Shown here: positions 8,350-17,413 of the stretch, piece after piece | Layout of the letters: the number at the start of each line of letters is the position of its first letter | How positions within the stretch are numbered: the stretch's first letter is position 1 | Assembly (NCBI GenBank): GCA_947177185.1 | Contig: CAMWTJ010000004.1 | Location: 32,175-96,174 of the forward strand | Direction: 5' to 3' | Source of the DNA: an uncultured Porphyromonadaceae bacterium | Lineage (GTDB): Bacteria > Bacteroidota > Bacteroidia > Bacteroidales > Muribaculaceae | Length of the DNA stretch: 64,000 nt | Translations under genes and position numbers: made by a program | The notes under the pieces: model-generated | The model's database searches: none | Seen by the model: only the letters and a program-made list of their open reading frames with translations | Told to the model about the DNA's origin: nothing

Positions 8350-10668
8350 ATGGTGAAAGCTATCATTTTGACAGTCGGTCTGGCGCTTGCGCCGGGGGCT
8401 GTGGCCTTCGGGCAGCAAAGCGCATTGCGCTTCGGGGTATATGATGCCGACGGCGAGCCCGCGGCGGGAGCAGTGGCCACACTGCTCAGCCGCAGCGACT
8501 CAACCATCATCGACGCGGCCATAGCCACGGCAGAGGGTCAGGTGGTGTTTCCGGCCGACAGCCTTGCGTGGCGCATGGTCGATATCTCTTATCCGGGCTA
8601 TGTGTCGGTGCGCATCGGCGCTTCCGAGGTGCCGGATTCGGTGCGTCTGGCGGTGTCGGCCACCGAGCTGCAAGAGCTTGTGGTGCAGGGACAGACGCTG
8701 CAGCGCGCGACCGGACGCTTTATCTACGACCCCGGCAGCCTGCGCCGGGAGCTGCCCAACGTTTACGAGATACTGCGCTTCACACCCATGGTGCACTTCC
8801 AGGACGGTGTGGCCTCTATCATATCAAAAGGCACAGCAAAGATATACATCAACGGCCGCGACCCGAAAATGCCGCAGGCAGCCCTTGCCGAATATCTCCG
8901 CTCCATTCCGGCTCAGGAAATCAAACGCATAGAAATAGTGACCAATCCGGGCAGCACTCAGCGCGCAGGCGACGCATCCGGCATTGTGAACATTGTAATA
9001 GAAAAGCCCGACGACGGCCTGCTGGGCAGCGCCTCTGCCTCCACAGGCTATGACGACCGCTTTGTCAGAGCGAGGTCAAGCGTGTGGCTCGGCTACAAGC
9101 GCGGAAAATTTTCGGCTTCGGGATCCATCGCTTATCAGCGCTGGGGCAACCGTAGCAAAACCGAGTCGGACTATCGCTATGCGGTGCCCGAAGAGAAATC
9201 GGTGAGCAACACCACCACAGCCTATTCAGCCATCGACGTGCTGGGCGGCAGTGCCGTGGCCGAGTACGCGTTTACGCCGAGCAGCACACTGGGCGCCTCA
9301 TTAAATGTATTCGGCGTATCGGTGGGCGAACACTCCGAAGTGCATACCGTGACTTCCACTCCTGCCGCTACGGCGGAGCTGTCGGCGATGCATGTGAACA
9401 CGCGCACTCCGTGGGTGCGCCCGGAGATAGGCGCGGTGCTTTATTATACCTTGCGCACCGACGAGCTCGGCAGCACTCTGGATGTGACGGCCGACTATTC
9501 CCTGCGGAAGACGGTTACCAACACCGACTACAGCAGCGACGGCAGCCACACGTGGCAGAACACGGCTGTCAGCGGCCACGGATTCAGCTTCACACCTAAA
9601 TACAAATGGATATTGAGCAACGCCCACCGGCTGGATGCTGGCTACGACTTTGTGACCGCCTACATGGACAATAAAAGCGATTTTGCAGGACAGAAAGACG
9701 ATTTTACCTACGATGAAACGGTGCAAAGCGCTTTTGTGCAGTGGAAATCGAAATGGAGCGATGTGTTTTCCGCAGAGGTGGGCATACGCGTCGAAAATTC
9801 ACGGATCAAGGGAGTGTCGCCGGATGCATCGGAGTCGTTCTCGCGCACTTACACCGATTGGTTTCCCTCGCTCAGCCTCAACTTTGACCTGCCGCACTCG
9901 CAGAACCTGTCGCTGGAATTCCAGCGCCGGATTGTTCGCCCGTTCTACAGCACTCTGAACCCGTTTGTGCGCTGGACCTCGTCCACCACATGCACTGCCG
10001 GCAACCCCGACCTGAGGCCGGATTACCCTTGGGACGTTACGCTGTATTATTCTTTCTTGAACGGATTTGTGCTGTCGGCCCACTATACTTACGAATCCGA
10101 AAGTCTGGGCGACTATACTTTCGGCCGCGGGGGCATCACCGTTACGGGCTGGGACAATTTCGGACGAGTACATAGTTTTGTACCATCGCTGTCCTATGCC
10201 AAAACGGTCGGAATCTGGACCGTGAGAGCCTCAACGAATGGAAGCTATAGATATGAGGAAGCAACACTGGACGGCGCCGATATGGGCTATAGTCATTGGA
10301 CTTGGGGGCTGAGTTTTATCAATCACTTTGCTATCTCCAAAAAACACAATTTCGGAGCGGAAATGTTCTATATTGCCATGTCGCCGTGGCAAGCCCTGGG
10401 CCGCCAGAGCAAATGGAAAAATCTGCTCGACGTAAGCCTGAGAAAGGGCTTCAACTCGGGATGGTACGTGTCGCTTAATGTGAGCAACATACTTAATTTC
10501 AGCAACGTGTACCATTACAATTCGCCCGATTACAGCTACGACAACCGCTCGCTGTACAATGGCGTGGGCTTCTCCCTGTCCGTCAGCTACACTTTCGGCA
10601 AGTATCAGGTGAATGCCGCGGAGGGAAAAGGCAGCGACAAAATGTCGGGACGCTACAGCAGTTTCTGA
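8350..10668 (+). CDS. TonB-dependent-receptor-like outer-membrane beta-barrel protein
   Basis: Signal peptide from ATG 8350, carboxypeptidase-regulatory-like N-domain, LQELVVQG, plug motif LRSIPAQEIKRIEIVTNPG...GIVNIV, barrel with IVRPFYSTLNPF and terminal strand FSLSVSYTFG. Confidence 0.8.
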   Translation: MVKAIILTVGLALAPGAVAFGQQSALRFGVYDADGEPAAGAVATLLSRSDSTIIDAAIATAEGQVVFPADSLAWRMVDISYPGYVSVRIGASEVPDSVRLAVSATELQELVVQGQTLQRATGRFIYDPGSLRRELPNVYEILRFTPMVHFQDGVASIISKGTAKIYINGRDPKMPQAALAEYLRSIPAQEIKRIEIVTNPGSTQRAGDASGIVNIVIEKPDDGLLGSASASTGYDDRFVRARSSVWLGYKRGKFSASGSIAYQRWGNRSKTESDYRYAVPEEKSVSNTTTAYSAIDVLGGSAVAEYAFTPSSTLGASLNVFGVSVGEHSEVHTVTSTPAATAELSAMHVNTRTPWVRPEIGAVLYYTLRTDELGSTLDVTADYSLRKTVTNTDYSSDGSHTWQNTAVSGHGFSFTPKYKWILSNAHRLDAGYDFVTAYMDNKSDFAGQKDDFTYDETVQSAFVQWKSKWSDVFSAEVGIRVENSRIKGVSPDASESFSRTYTDWFPSLSLNFDLPHSQNLSLEFQRRIVRPFYSTLNPFVRWTSSTTCTAGNPDLRPDYPWDVTLYYSFLNGFVLSAHYTYESESLGDYTFGRGGITVTGWDNFGRVHSFVPSLSYAKTVGIWTVRASTNGSYRYEEATLDGADMGYSHWTWGLSFINHFAISKKHNFGAEMFYIAMSPWQALGRQSKWKNLLDVSLRKGFNSGWYVSLNVSNILNFSNVYHYNSPDYSYDNRSLYNGVGFSLSVSYTFGKYQVNAAEGKGSDKMSGRYSSF

Positions 10669-10684
10669 TTCATCAGCCGCCACA

Positions 10685-12862
10685 GTGAAATTCAGGCGCA
10701 TATTCTCGTATCAGCAGACCGAACGCTCCGATTGCGGCATGGCATGCATACGCATCGTATGCCGCTATCACGGCCTGTGTGTGCCCATGAGCTACCTGAG
10801 GCATCATGTGGAAACCGGCCGCCTCGGAATCTCGGTGCGCGACATCGTCGCGGCTCTCGGCGGGCTGGGCATGCACAGCATGGCGGTGCGGGTGGGCGTA
10901 GACGACCTGCGCACCATGCCTTTGCCGGCCATATTGTATTGGAACAGGCAGCATTTTGTGGTGCTGTATAAGGCGGATGTCGACAAGGGAGTGTTTAGTG
11001 TGGTCGACCCCTCCGAAGGCAAAATGAAATACCGTACCGACGATTTCAGCGAGTATTTCGTGGCCAACGACGGAAAAGGCATAGCAGTGCTGGCGGAGCC
11101 CGACGAAACGTTCGAGAGCCGTCAGAAGGACATGCCGCCCGACGAGCGCCGCCTGCCGCATCTTGCCGCCCGCATAGTGCGCGAACACTCCGGGCCGTTT
11201 GCGGCGGTGTGCGCGTTCATGCTGCTGGCCATGGGAGCCGACGTGGCGTTGCCGTTCGTGTTTCAACGCACCATAGACGAGGGCATACACAGCGGCGACA
11301 TTCAGCTCATATGGCTGCTGGTTTTCTCGCAGCTGTTTATCTTCTTTGGAAACTACCTGTCCAACTGTGTGGTGGAGTATCTGCTCACGAAGATAGGCCT
11401 GCGCATGAGCATACGCATGATAAACGATTATCTCAAGAAGATCATTTGCCTGCCTATGAGCTTTTTCGCGACCAAGGTAAGCTCCGACCTTATCCAGAAA
11501 GTCGACGACCACAACCGCATACAGAACTTCATGGTGTCGCTGCCCGACACGCTGGTGTTCACGGTGATAAATGTCGTGCTGTTTTCCGGCATATTGATTT
11601 ATTTCAGCCGCACGGTGTTTCTGATATTCATAGTGTGCACGCTGCTGAGCGTGGTGTGGACGGCGCTGTTCATGCGCAGACGCCGCGAGGTGGACTATGC
11701 GTATTTTTCGAAATTGTCGGAAAACCGCAACAATCTGTACGAACTCGTCAACGGCATCGACGAGATAAAGGCCAACTGCGCGCAGCATCAGCGTCTGTCC
11801 ACATGGGACAAGGTGCAGTCGAGAATCAACGACCTGTCGCTCCGCAAGGCTATGCTCAAGATGTATCAGAATGGCGGCAATGTGTTTTTCGTGCGCTTCC
11901 GCGATATTGCCATCACGGGCATTTGTGCCACCCTTGTGGTCAGGGGCGAAATGTCCATAGGCCTGATGATGACACTCAGCTACATTGTCGGGCGGCTTTC
12001 CGCACCGTTTGCCAACCTGATAAACTCGGTCAATATGTTCCAGGACGTGAGCATGTCGTACGACCGCATTGAGGAGGTGATGAACGCCGACCTTGCCGAC
12101 GGACGCGTGCTGCCCGCGCCGCAGTTCGACTCGGTGGAGTTCCGCGACGTGCGTTTCCGCTACCCGGGAGCCGGCACGCCGTTTGTGCTCCACGGCATTG
12201 ACCTGACGATACCCCGCGGACGCACCACCGCTATCGTGGGGCCCAGCGGATGCGGGAAGTCGACGGTGCTGAAGATTCTTCTCGGCTTTTTCAACCCCAC
12301 GTCGGGTGAGGTGCTGGTGGAGGGCGTCAGGCTCGACAGCATATGCGAGGAATCGTGGCTCTCGAAAATGGCGGTGGTGATGCAAAACGGCAACCTGTTT
12401 TCTGGAGATATACTCACCAATATCGCGCTGTCCGACGCCGAGCCGGACCTCGGTCGTGCGCGCAGGGCTGCCGAAATAGCCTGTATCGATGAGTTCATTG
12501 ACAGCCTGCCCATGGGCTTCAGCACCCCGGTAGGGAAAATCGGCATGGAAATAAGCGGAGGGCAGAAGCAGCGTCTGCTCATTGCGCGGGCCATATACCG
12601 CTGCCCGGAAATTATAGTGCTCGACGAGGCCACGTCGTCGCTCGATGCCATTACCGAACGCAGGGTAATAGAAAACATAATGGCTGAATTCCGAAACCGC
12701 ACGGTAGTGATAGTGGCGCACAGACTGAGCTCCGTCAAAAACGCCGACAACATCATAGTGATGGACAGCGGGCGCATAGAGGAGCAGGGCACGCATGCGC
12801 AGCTGCTGTGCGGCGGCGGCCGCTACTACAGCCTGGTGGAGCACCAGATGGAATTCGCTTGA
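10685..12862 (+). CDS. Peptidase-containing ABC transporter (C39 + TMD + NBD)
   Basis: C39 residues QQTERSDCG, LYWNRQHFVVLY and VVDP; Walker A GPSGCGKST, signature ISGGQKQR, Walker B IIVLDEAT. GTG at 10685 is the likely start. Confidence 0.92.
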   Translation: MKFRRIFSYQQTERSDCGMACIRIVCRYHGLCVPMSYLRHHVETGRLGISVRDIVAALGGLGMHSMAVRVGVDDLRTMPLPAILYWNRQHFVVLYKADVDKGVFSVVDPSEGKMKYRTDDFSEYFVANDGKGIAVLAEPDETFESRQKDMPPDERRLPHLAARIVREHSGPFAAVCAFMLLAMGADVALPFVFQRTIDEGIHSGDIQLIWLLVFSQLFIFFGNYLSNCVVEYLLTKIGLRMSIRMINDYLKKIICLPMSFFATKVSSDLIQKVDDHNRIQNFMVSLPDTLVFTVINVVLFSGILIYFSRTVFLIFIVCTLLSVVWTALFMRRRREVDYAYFSKLSENRNNLYELVNGIDEIKANCAQHQRLSTWDKVQSRINDLSLRKAMLKMYQNGGNVFFVRFRDIAITGICATLVVRGEMSIGLMMTLSYIVGRLSAPFANLINSVNMFQDVSMSYDRIEEVMNADLADGRVLPAPQFDSVEFRDVRFRYPGAGTPFVLHGIDLTIPRGRTTAIVGPSGCGKSTVLKILLGFFNPTSGEVLVEGVRLDSICEESWLSKMAVVMQNGNLFSGDILTNIALSDAEPDLGRARRAAEIACIDEFIDSLPMGFSTPVGKIGMEISGGQKQRLLIARAIYRCPEIIVLDEATSSLDAITERRVIENIMAEFRNRTVVIVAHRLSSVKNADNIIVMDSGRIEEQGTHAQLLCGGGRYYSLVEHQMEFA

Positions 12863-12911
12863 GCCGACGCGCGCGCGCAACCGCCGACAGCGGATAGTTT
12901 TTTGACAAAGA

Positions 12912-12943
12912 TTTGGTGGATAGCGGGATTTGGCGTACTTTTG
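12912..12943 (+). promoter_or_regulatory. Sigma-A promoter
   Basis: TTTG (12912-12915), 20 nt, TACTTTTG (12936-12943). Confidence 0.6.
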
Positions 12944-12975
12944 TATGAAAGTCAAGAAACAGCACTTATTGTATC

Positions 12976-13812
12976 ATGAAGATTATTGCCGACAGCAGCA
13001 CTACGCGCACGGAATGGGTATTGGTCGACGGCCGCGAGGTCGTCGAGCGGGCGTTTACTTCCGGTATGAATCCGTACTTTCAGACGCGTCGCGAAATATC
13101 CCACTGTATCCGTCTGGAGCTACCCGACAGCTTCTTCCGCCGCCGCTGGGAGCATGTGTATTTTTATGGCGCGGGATGCGGAACCTCGGAAAAAAACAAG
13201 GTGATGAGCTCGTCGCTCATTGCGCAGTTCAAGACTCCTGTCACGGTGGAGAGCGATATGCTCGGCGCCGCCCGCGGGCTGCTCGTGCGCGAGCCGGGCA
13301 TTGCTTGCATCCTCGGCACGGGCTCTAACTCGTGTCAGTACGACGGCCGCGAGATTGTGCGCAACGTGCGTGCCCTCGGATTCATACTCGGCGACGAAGG
13401 CTCGAACGCCTATCTTGGAAAAATGTTCATAGCCGACGCCATAAAGGATATCGCGCCGTCCGACCTTTCGGCGGCTTTTTTCGAGCACTTTGCCGTTACG
13501 CCCAACTCGCTTATCGACGAGCTGTTCAGTTCGTCGATGCCTTCGCGTGCGCTGGCCCGCTACTCGCGCTTTCTGTCGGAGCATATCGACAATCCGTATG
13601 TGTATCAGCTCATATATGCGGCCTTCATGCGCTTCTTCACCCGCAATGTGGCGGCCTACGATTTCCGCAAGCTGCCGCTCTGCTTTGTGGGCTCCACGTG
13701 CGTGATGTACAGGGAGATACTCGAGCGTGCTGCCACGGATTTCGGAGTGAGCATAGCCAAGGCCGTGCGCAGCTCCATGCCGGGACTGGTGGAGTATCAC
13801 GCCGGCGAGTAG
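12976..13812 (+). CDS. BadF/BadG/BcrA/BcrD-type ATPase, probable N-acetylglucosamine kinase
   Basis: MKIIADSSTTRTEW, VYFYGAGC, ESDMLGAARGL, ACILGTGSNSC and LGFILGDEGS. Confidence 0.8.
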   Translation: MKIIADSSTTRTEWVLVDGREVVERAFTSGMNPYFQTRREISHCIRLELPDSFFRRRWEHVYFYGAGCGTSEKNKVMSSSLIAQFKTPVTVESDMLGAARGLLVREPGIACILGTGSNSCQYDGREIVRNVRALGFILGDEGSNAYLGKMFIADAIKDIAPSDLSAAFFEHFAVTPNSLIDELFSSSMPSRALARYSRFLSEHIDNPYVYQLIYAAFMRFFTRNVAAYDFRKLPLCFVGSTCVMYREILERAATDFGVSIAKAVRSSMPGLVEYHAGE

Positions 13813-13879
13813 GAGCAGGCTCTGAAAAGCATCGGCGCACCGCTTGCGCGGCACGCCGGGGCTATGGAGTGGGTGGCGC

Positions 13880-14923
13880 TCACCACATGGGTGTGAACGG
13901 CTCGGAGGCGCGCAGACGGTCGTTGGCGCAGCCATAGAACGCGCGGTTGCGCGATGTGTCGAGTTTCAGCACCGGCGAGCCCGGAGTCAGCGACAGGCTG
14001 CTCAGGTCGACCCAGAAATTGCCGAGTGTGTCGGCGAATCTTAAATAATAACGGAGCCGCTGCAGGTCGGCCATGCTGCGCCATTGCGTCATCGACACAT
14101 TGGGCTCTCCCTGTATGGTGTAGCCGTAGGGCACGCTCACGTTGTCCATCACGGTGGCCAGGGCCGACACCGCTACATCGCCCTTGAGGTTGTCGGGGAT
14201 GTGGTGTATGAAGAACGACGCGCGCACGAAGCGGTCGGCCGAGCGCACCGTGCCCGGCAGCATGTGCTCGCCGCCCACGCCTTTCCAGTAGGCGTCGATG
14301 GCCTGCATCTGCGGCAGGGTGGGGTCGTTGGTCATCACCTGCAGGTCGCGGCCGCGATAGAGATTCACTTTGCCGTGGTCGTATTCTATCACCATGGTGT
14401 CGCCGCTGCGGTCGGTCAGAGCCCAGTGGAGCAGCGACACGGTGCCGCCGTCGAAGGTCTGGCCGGAGATGGCCAGGTCGTGCTTGCCGAACCAGTCGTA
14501 CACCTCTTCCACGGTGGCGAAATTGTCGAGAAAGTAGCTTATCATCACTGAGAGGCTCATCACGGGGGTGCCCGCCGGCGAGTTGCTTTCGGTGCGGTAC
14601 TCGCTGGTCTTGCAGAACAGGCCGTTCATCACGAGGCCGCAGGCGTTCATACCTTCGGTGACACCGCCGTCGTAGCCCACGGCGAGCACGGAGCCGTATT
14701 TCGATGTCCAGCGCAGCATGGGGCCTTTAGGCATGCTCTGCTTCGACATGCCGGCCGGATATACGTAAAGGTTGGTGGCGATAGGCGTGCGCCAGTCGAG
14801 TGTGCGGCCTACGATTACCTCCGAGGAGTCGGCGGCCAGATATACGACGCGCGAGCATGGGCTGGCCGGCAGTGCGGAAGCCGCGATGGCTGCGGCGGCC
14901 AGAATCAGTTTGAAACGTTTCAT
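13880..14923 (-). CDS. Choloylglycine hydrolase / penicillin V acylase family Ntn hydrolase with signal peptide
   Basis: Signal MKRFKLILAAAAIAASALPASP followed by the nucleophile C-S-R; GRTLDW, EGMNACGL, VMTNDP, LPGTVRSADRFVRA. Confidence 0.85.
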   Translation of the reverse strand: MKRFKLILAAAAIAASALPASPCSRVVYLAADSSEVIVGRTLDWRTPIATNLYVYPAGMSKQSMPKGPMLRWTSKYGSVLAVGYDGGVTEGMNACGLVMNGLFCKTSEYRTESNSPAGTPVMSLSVMISYFLDNFATVEEVYDWFGKHDLAISGQTFDGGTVSLLHWALTDRSGDTMVIEYDHGKVNLYRGRDLQVMTNDPTLPQMQAIDAYWKGVGGEHMLPGTVRSADRFVRASFFIHHIPDNLKGDVAVSALATVMDNVSVPYGYTIQGEPNVSMTQWRSMADLQRLRYYLRFADTLGNFWVDLSSLSLTPGSPVLKLDTSRNRAFYGCANDRLRASEPFTPMW

Positions 14924-14992
14924 GACAATAAGCGTATGTGGGGATGTGTGAATATTATCTTTATGATAAAACCCCACAGGCGCTTGTTTTGT

Positions 14993-15412
14993 TCAGCGCA
15001 GGCGGTCGTAGCTCGCGAGCTTGCGCTTGTCGCGGCGCATGTAGCGGTATGCGCCGAGCGCAAACAGCATGGCTATAAGCAGCAGCACCACTCCGCCGGT
15101 CCATATGAGGTTGGCGCCGGGCATGCCCACGGTGGCCACGAAGCCGCAGCCCACAGCCGAGCCGGCAAGCAGCAGCAGCGACACGAGGGTGACGGTCATC
15201 TGGCGACGCAGGTTCTTGTAAAGGAATATGTTGAGAAACAGCAGCACGCCGATGCACGCGTTGACTATGAGCAGCACGGGCGCGTCCTTTACGAACACGT
15301 CGCTCACGCTGCCGTCGGCGCCGGTGGTCTGAGCGAACGGAGTGAGGCAGAAGATGCCTATGATTATTACGGCTGCAAGCAGCAGCAGAGTCTGGATGCG
15401 TTGGATTTGCAT
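14993..15412 (-). CDS. DUF4293-family membrane protein
   Basis: MQIQRIQTLLLL, IFLYKNLRRQM and the C-terminus DKRKLASYDRLR. Confidence 0.8.
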   Translation of the reverse strand: MQIQRIQTLLLLAAVIIIGIFCLTPFAQTTGADGSVSDVFVKDAPVLLIVNACIGVLLFLNIFLYKNLRRQMTVTLVSLLLLAGSAVGCGFVATVGMPGANLIWTGGVVLLLIAMLFALGAYRYMRRDKRKLASYDRLR

Positions 15413-15417
15413 GAATG

Positions 15418-16479
15418 TTATGGTTTTGAGTTGTAGTTGCTTAAACTTATGGCACGCTGTTCGTCCATGATGGGGCGCAGCGCCTGCATGTCGATGTAGC
15501 GCTGTCCGCTGCCGCGGTCTATGGGAAACGCGAGGCGCATGCGCGCGGCGTTTTCCACCGCCTCAGCACAGGTGAAGCCCGGCTGCAGCGGCCGCAGCGC
15601 GTCGGGCACGCTGTCGGGGCGCGCGGCCACCACGTGGCCCACGGGCGGGTAGCCTGCTATGGTCCACATCACAGGACCGTTCCCGGCGCCCCTGACGGCT
15701 CCCTCTATCACTACCGACGCCACGGACGAGTGGCGCGGTATGAAATCCTGGTCCACAATCCAGCGTAGTGCCGTGTCGGCCGCGCAGTCGCGGTCGAGCA
15801 GCGAGTGGTAGAACGAGCGCGACAGGGTGTCGGTGAGCAGCTGGGGCGACACGCGTGCAGCCCGTATGGCTGCGCCTGCAAGGTGCTGCGCGTTGGCATA
15901 GCGTATGTAGCCCATGCCTTCGCCTTCGGCGCCTGAAACGCTGAAATTGGTGCGCAAGAGCACTCCTTCCGGGGTGTCGTCCACATCGTAGCGTACAAAA
16001 GAGTTGTCGTCAGTTTCGAAATATGCCGCGCCGCCGTCGCTGTCGATGGCTCCGAAATTGGCCTGCACGCCCATGGGACGGGGCAGCGAGCGGAGCAGGG
16101 AGTCGAACTGCTCCACGGACGAGCAGCGCTTCAGCGCAATGGCCATCACGCGCCCTTCCATATCGCGCACGGTGGCTGTGTCGGGGGCAAGGTTGTAGCT
16201 GGCGGTGTTCATTATGGCGAATCCGGCGTCGTTGACGCCGATCCACGCGTCGAGCAGCAGGCTGTCGCCGCCGTTGTACAGTGCGCAGAAGCCATATGTG
16301 GAATCGGTGGGCAGCGTGCGCTCCACAAAGTTCATGTCGCCGGAGCTGTCGCGGTGCTTCCATAGCAGCGGGCGTCCTGTGGCCGACGCGCGCGCGGCCA
16401 CAATCATTGACGTGCATGCGTCGGCGGCCGGTATGCATACCGCCGCGGCTGCCGTTATAGCTATGAGAATCCGTTTCAT
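15418..16479 (-). CDS. Secreted Cys-nucleophile Ntn hydrolase (C45/C69-like peptidase or acyltransferase)
   Basis: Signal MKRILIAITAAAAVCIPAADA then C-T-S; GRPLLWKHRD, GVNDAGFAIMN, ANFGAIDSDG. Real start is 16479, not 17352. Confidence 0.75.
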   Translation of the reverse strand: MKRILIAITAAAAVCIPAADACTSMIVAARASATGRPLLWKHRDSSGDMNFVERTLPTDSTYGFCALYNGGDSLLLDAWIGVNDAGFAIMNTASYNLAPDTATVRDMEGRVMAIALKRCSSVEQFDSLLRSLPRPMGVQANFGAIDSDGGAAYFETDDNSFVRYDVDDTPEGVLLRTNFSVSGAEGEGMGYIRYANAQHLAGAAIRAARVSPQLLTDTLSRSFYHSLLDRDCAADTALRWIVDQDFIPRHSSVASVVIEGAVRGAGNGPVMWTIAGYPPVGHVVAARPDSVPDALRPLQPGFTCAEAVENAARMRLAFPIDRGSGQRYIDMQALRPIMDEQRAISLSNYNSKP

Positions 16480-16533
16480 GCTGCAAATGTAAGAAAAAAC
16501 CCGTAAATTTGCGCATATTATCTCCATGCACCG

Positions 16534-17337
16534 ATGAATATTATAGAAATAAATGATCTGGCCGATGAGCGCCTCGGCGTGTTCGCCCGCCTTACGGAAG
16601 CGCAGTTGCGCAACCGCCTTGAGCCTGAAAAGGGAGTGTTCATAGTAGAGAGTCCCAAGGTGATACGCGTGGCGCTCGATGCCGGCTACGAGCCTTTGGC
16701 GCTGCTGTGCGAGCGGCGTCACATAGGCGGCGACGCGGCCGACATTGTGGCCCGCTGTCCGGCCGATATGCCTGTGTACACCGGCTCGCGGGAGCTGCTG
16801 GCAGGCCTCACCGGCTATACGCTCACGCGCGGCGTGCTGTGCGCCATGCGCCGTCCTGCCGAACGCTCCGTGGCGGATGTGTGCGCGGGAGCCGGACGCG
16901 TGGTCGTGGTCGACGGCGTAGTGGACACCACCAACATCGGAGCTATATTCAGGTCGGCGGCGGCATTGGGCATAGACGCCGTGCTGCTGACGCGCACGTC
17001 GTGCGACCCGCTCAACCGTCGTGCCGTGCGTGTGTCCATGGGGTCGGTGTTTCTCGTGCCCTGGGCGTGGCTCGACGCGCCTGTGGCGTCGTTGCGCGAA
17101 ATCGGCTTCCGCACGGCCGCAATGGCGCTGTCCGACGACTCTGTACCTCTCGACGATGCCGCACTGATGGCCGAACCCAGGCTTGCGATAGTAATGGGCA
17201 CCGAGGGCGACGGGCTGTCGCATGATGTGATAGCTGACGCCGACTATGTGGTGCGCATACCTATGGCGCATGGTGTGGATTCGCTGAACGTGGCGGCTGC
17301 CTCGGCAGTGGCGTTTTGGCAGCTGCGCAGGCGCTAA
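16534..17337 (+). CDS. TrmH/SpoU family RNA methyltransferase
   Basis: VDTTNIGAIFRSAAALG, VMGTEGDGLS and IPMAHGVDSLNVAAASA. Confidence 0.9.
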   Translation: MNIIEINDLADERLGVFARLTEAQLRNRLEPEKGVFIVESPKVIRVALDAGYEPLALLCERRHIGGDAADIVARCPADMPVYTGSRELLAGLTGYTLTRGVLCAMRRPAERSVADVCAGAGRVVVVDGVVDTTNIGAIFRSAAALGIDAVLLTRTSCDPLNRRAVRVSMGSVFLVPWAWLDAPVASLREIGFRTAAMALSDDSVPLDDAALMAEPRLAIVMGTEGDGLSHDVIADADYVVRIPMAHGVDSLNVAAASAVAFWQLRRR

Positions 17338-17369
17338 GACCCTGCCCCCCAATATTTGTCAACGGGGTC
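17338..17369 (+). repeat. REP-like unit, copy A
   Basis: TAA|GACCCTGCCCCCCAATATTTGTCAACGGGGTC|TTA; matches the units at 43941 and (reverse strand) 44119-44153. Confidence 0.7.
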
Positions 17370-17371
17370 TT

Positions 17372-17413
17372 AAAAAGCAATTCCGGCAGATTCTTCTCAG
17401 AGTCCGCCGGAAT
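17372..17413 (-). terminator. Rho-independent terminator (minus strand)
   Basis: 15-bp imperfect stem 17380-17394/17399-17413, followed on the minus strand by TGCTTTTT. Confidence 0.65.

Noticed and set aside
10613-10684. Upstream ATG for the PCAT
   Set aside because: It overlaps the barrel gene's 3' end; C39 domains start just before the QQxxxSDCG motif, which fits GTG 10685.
16480-17352. 5' extension that makes a 644-aa ORF
   Set aside because: It is antisense to the TrmH gene; the signal peptide and catalytic Cys define the start at 16479.
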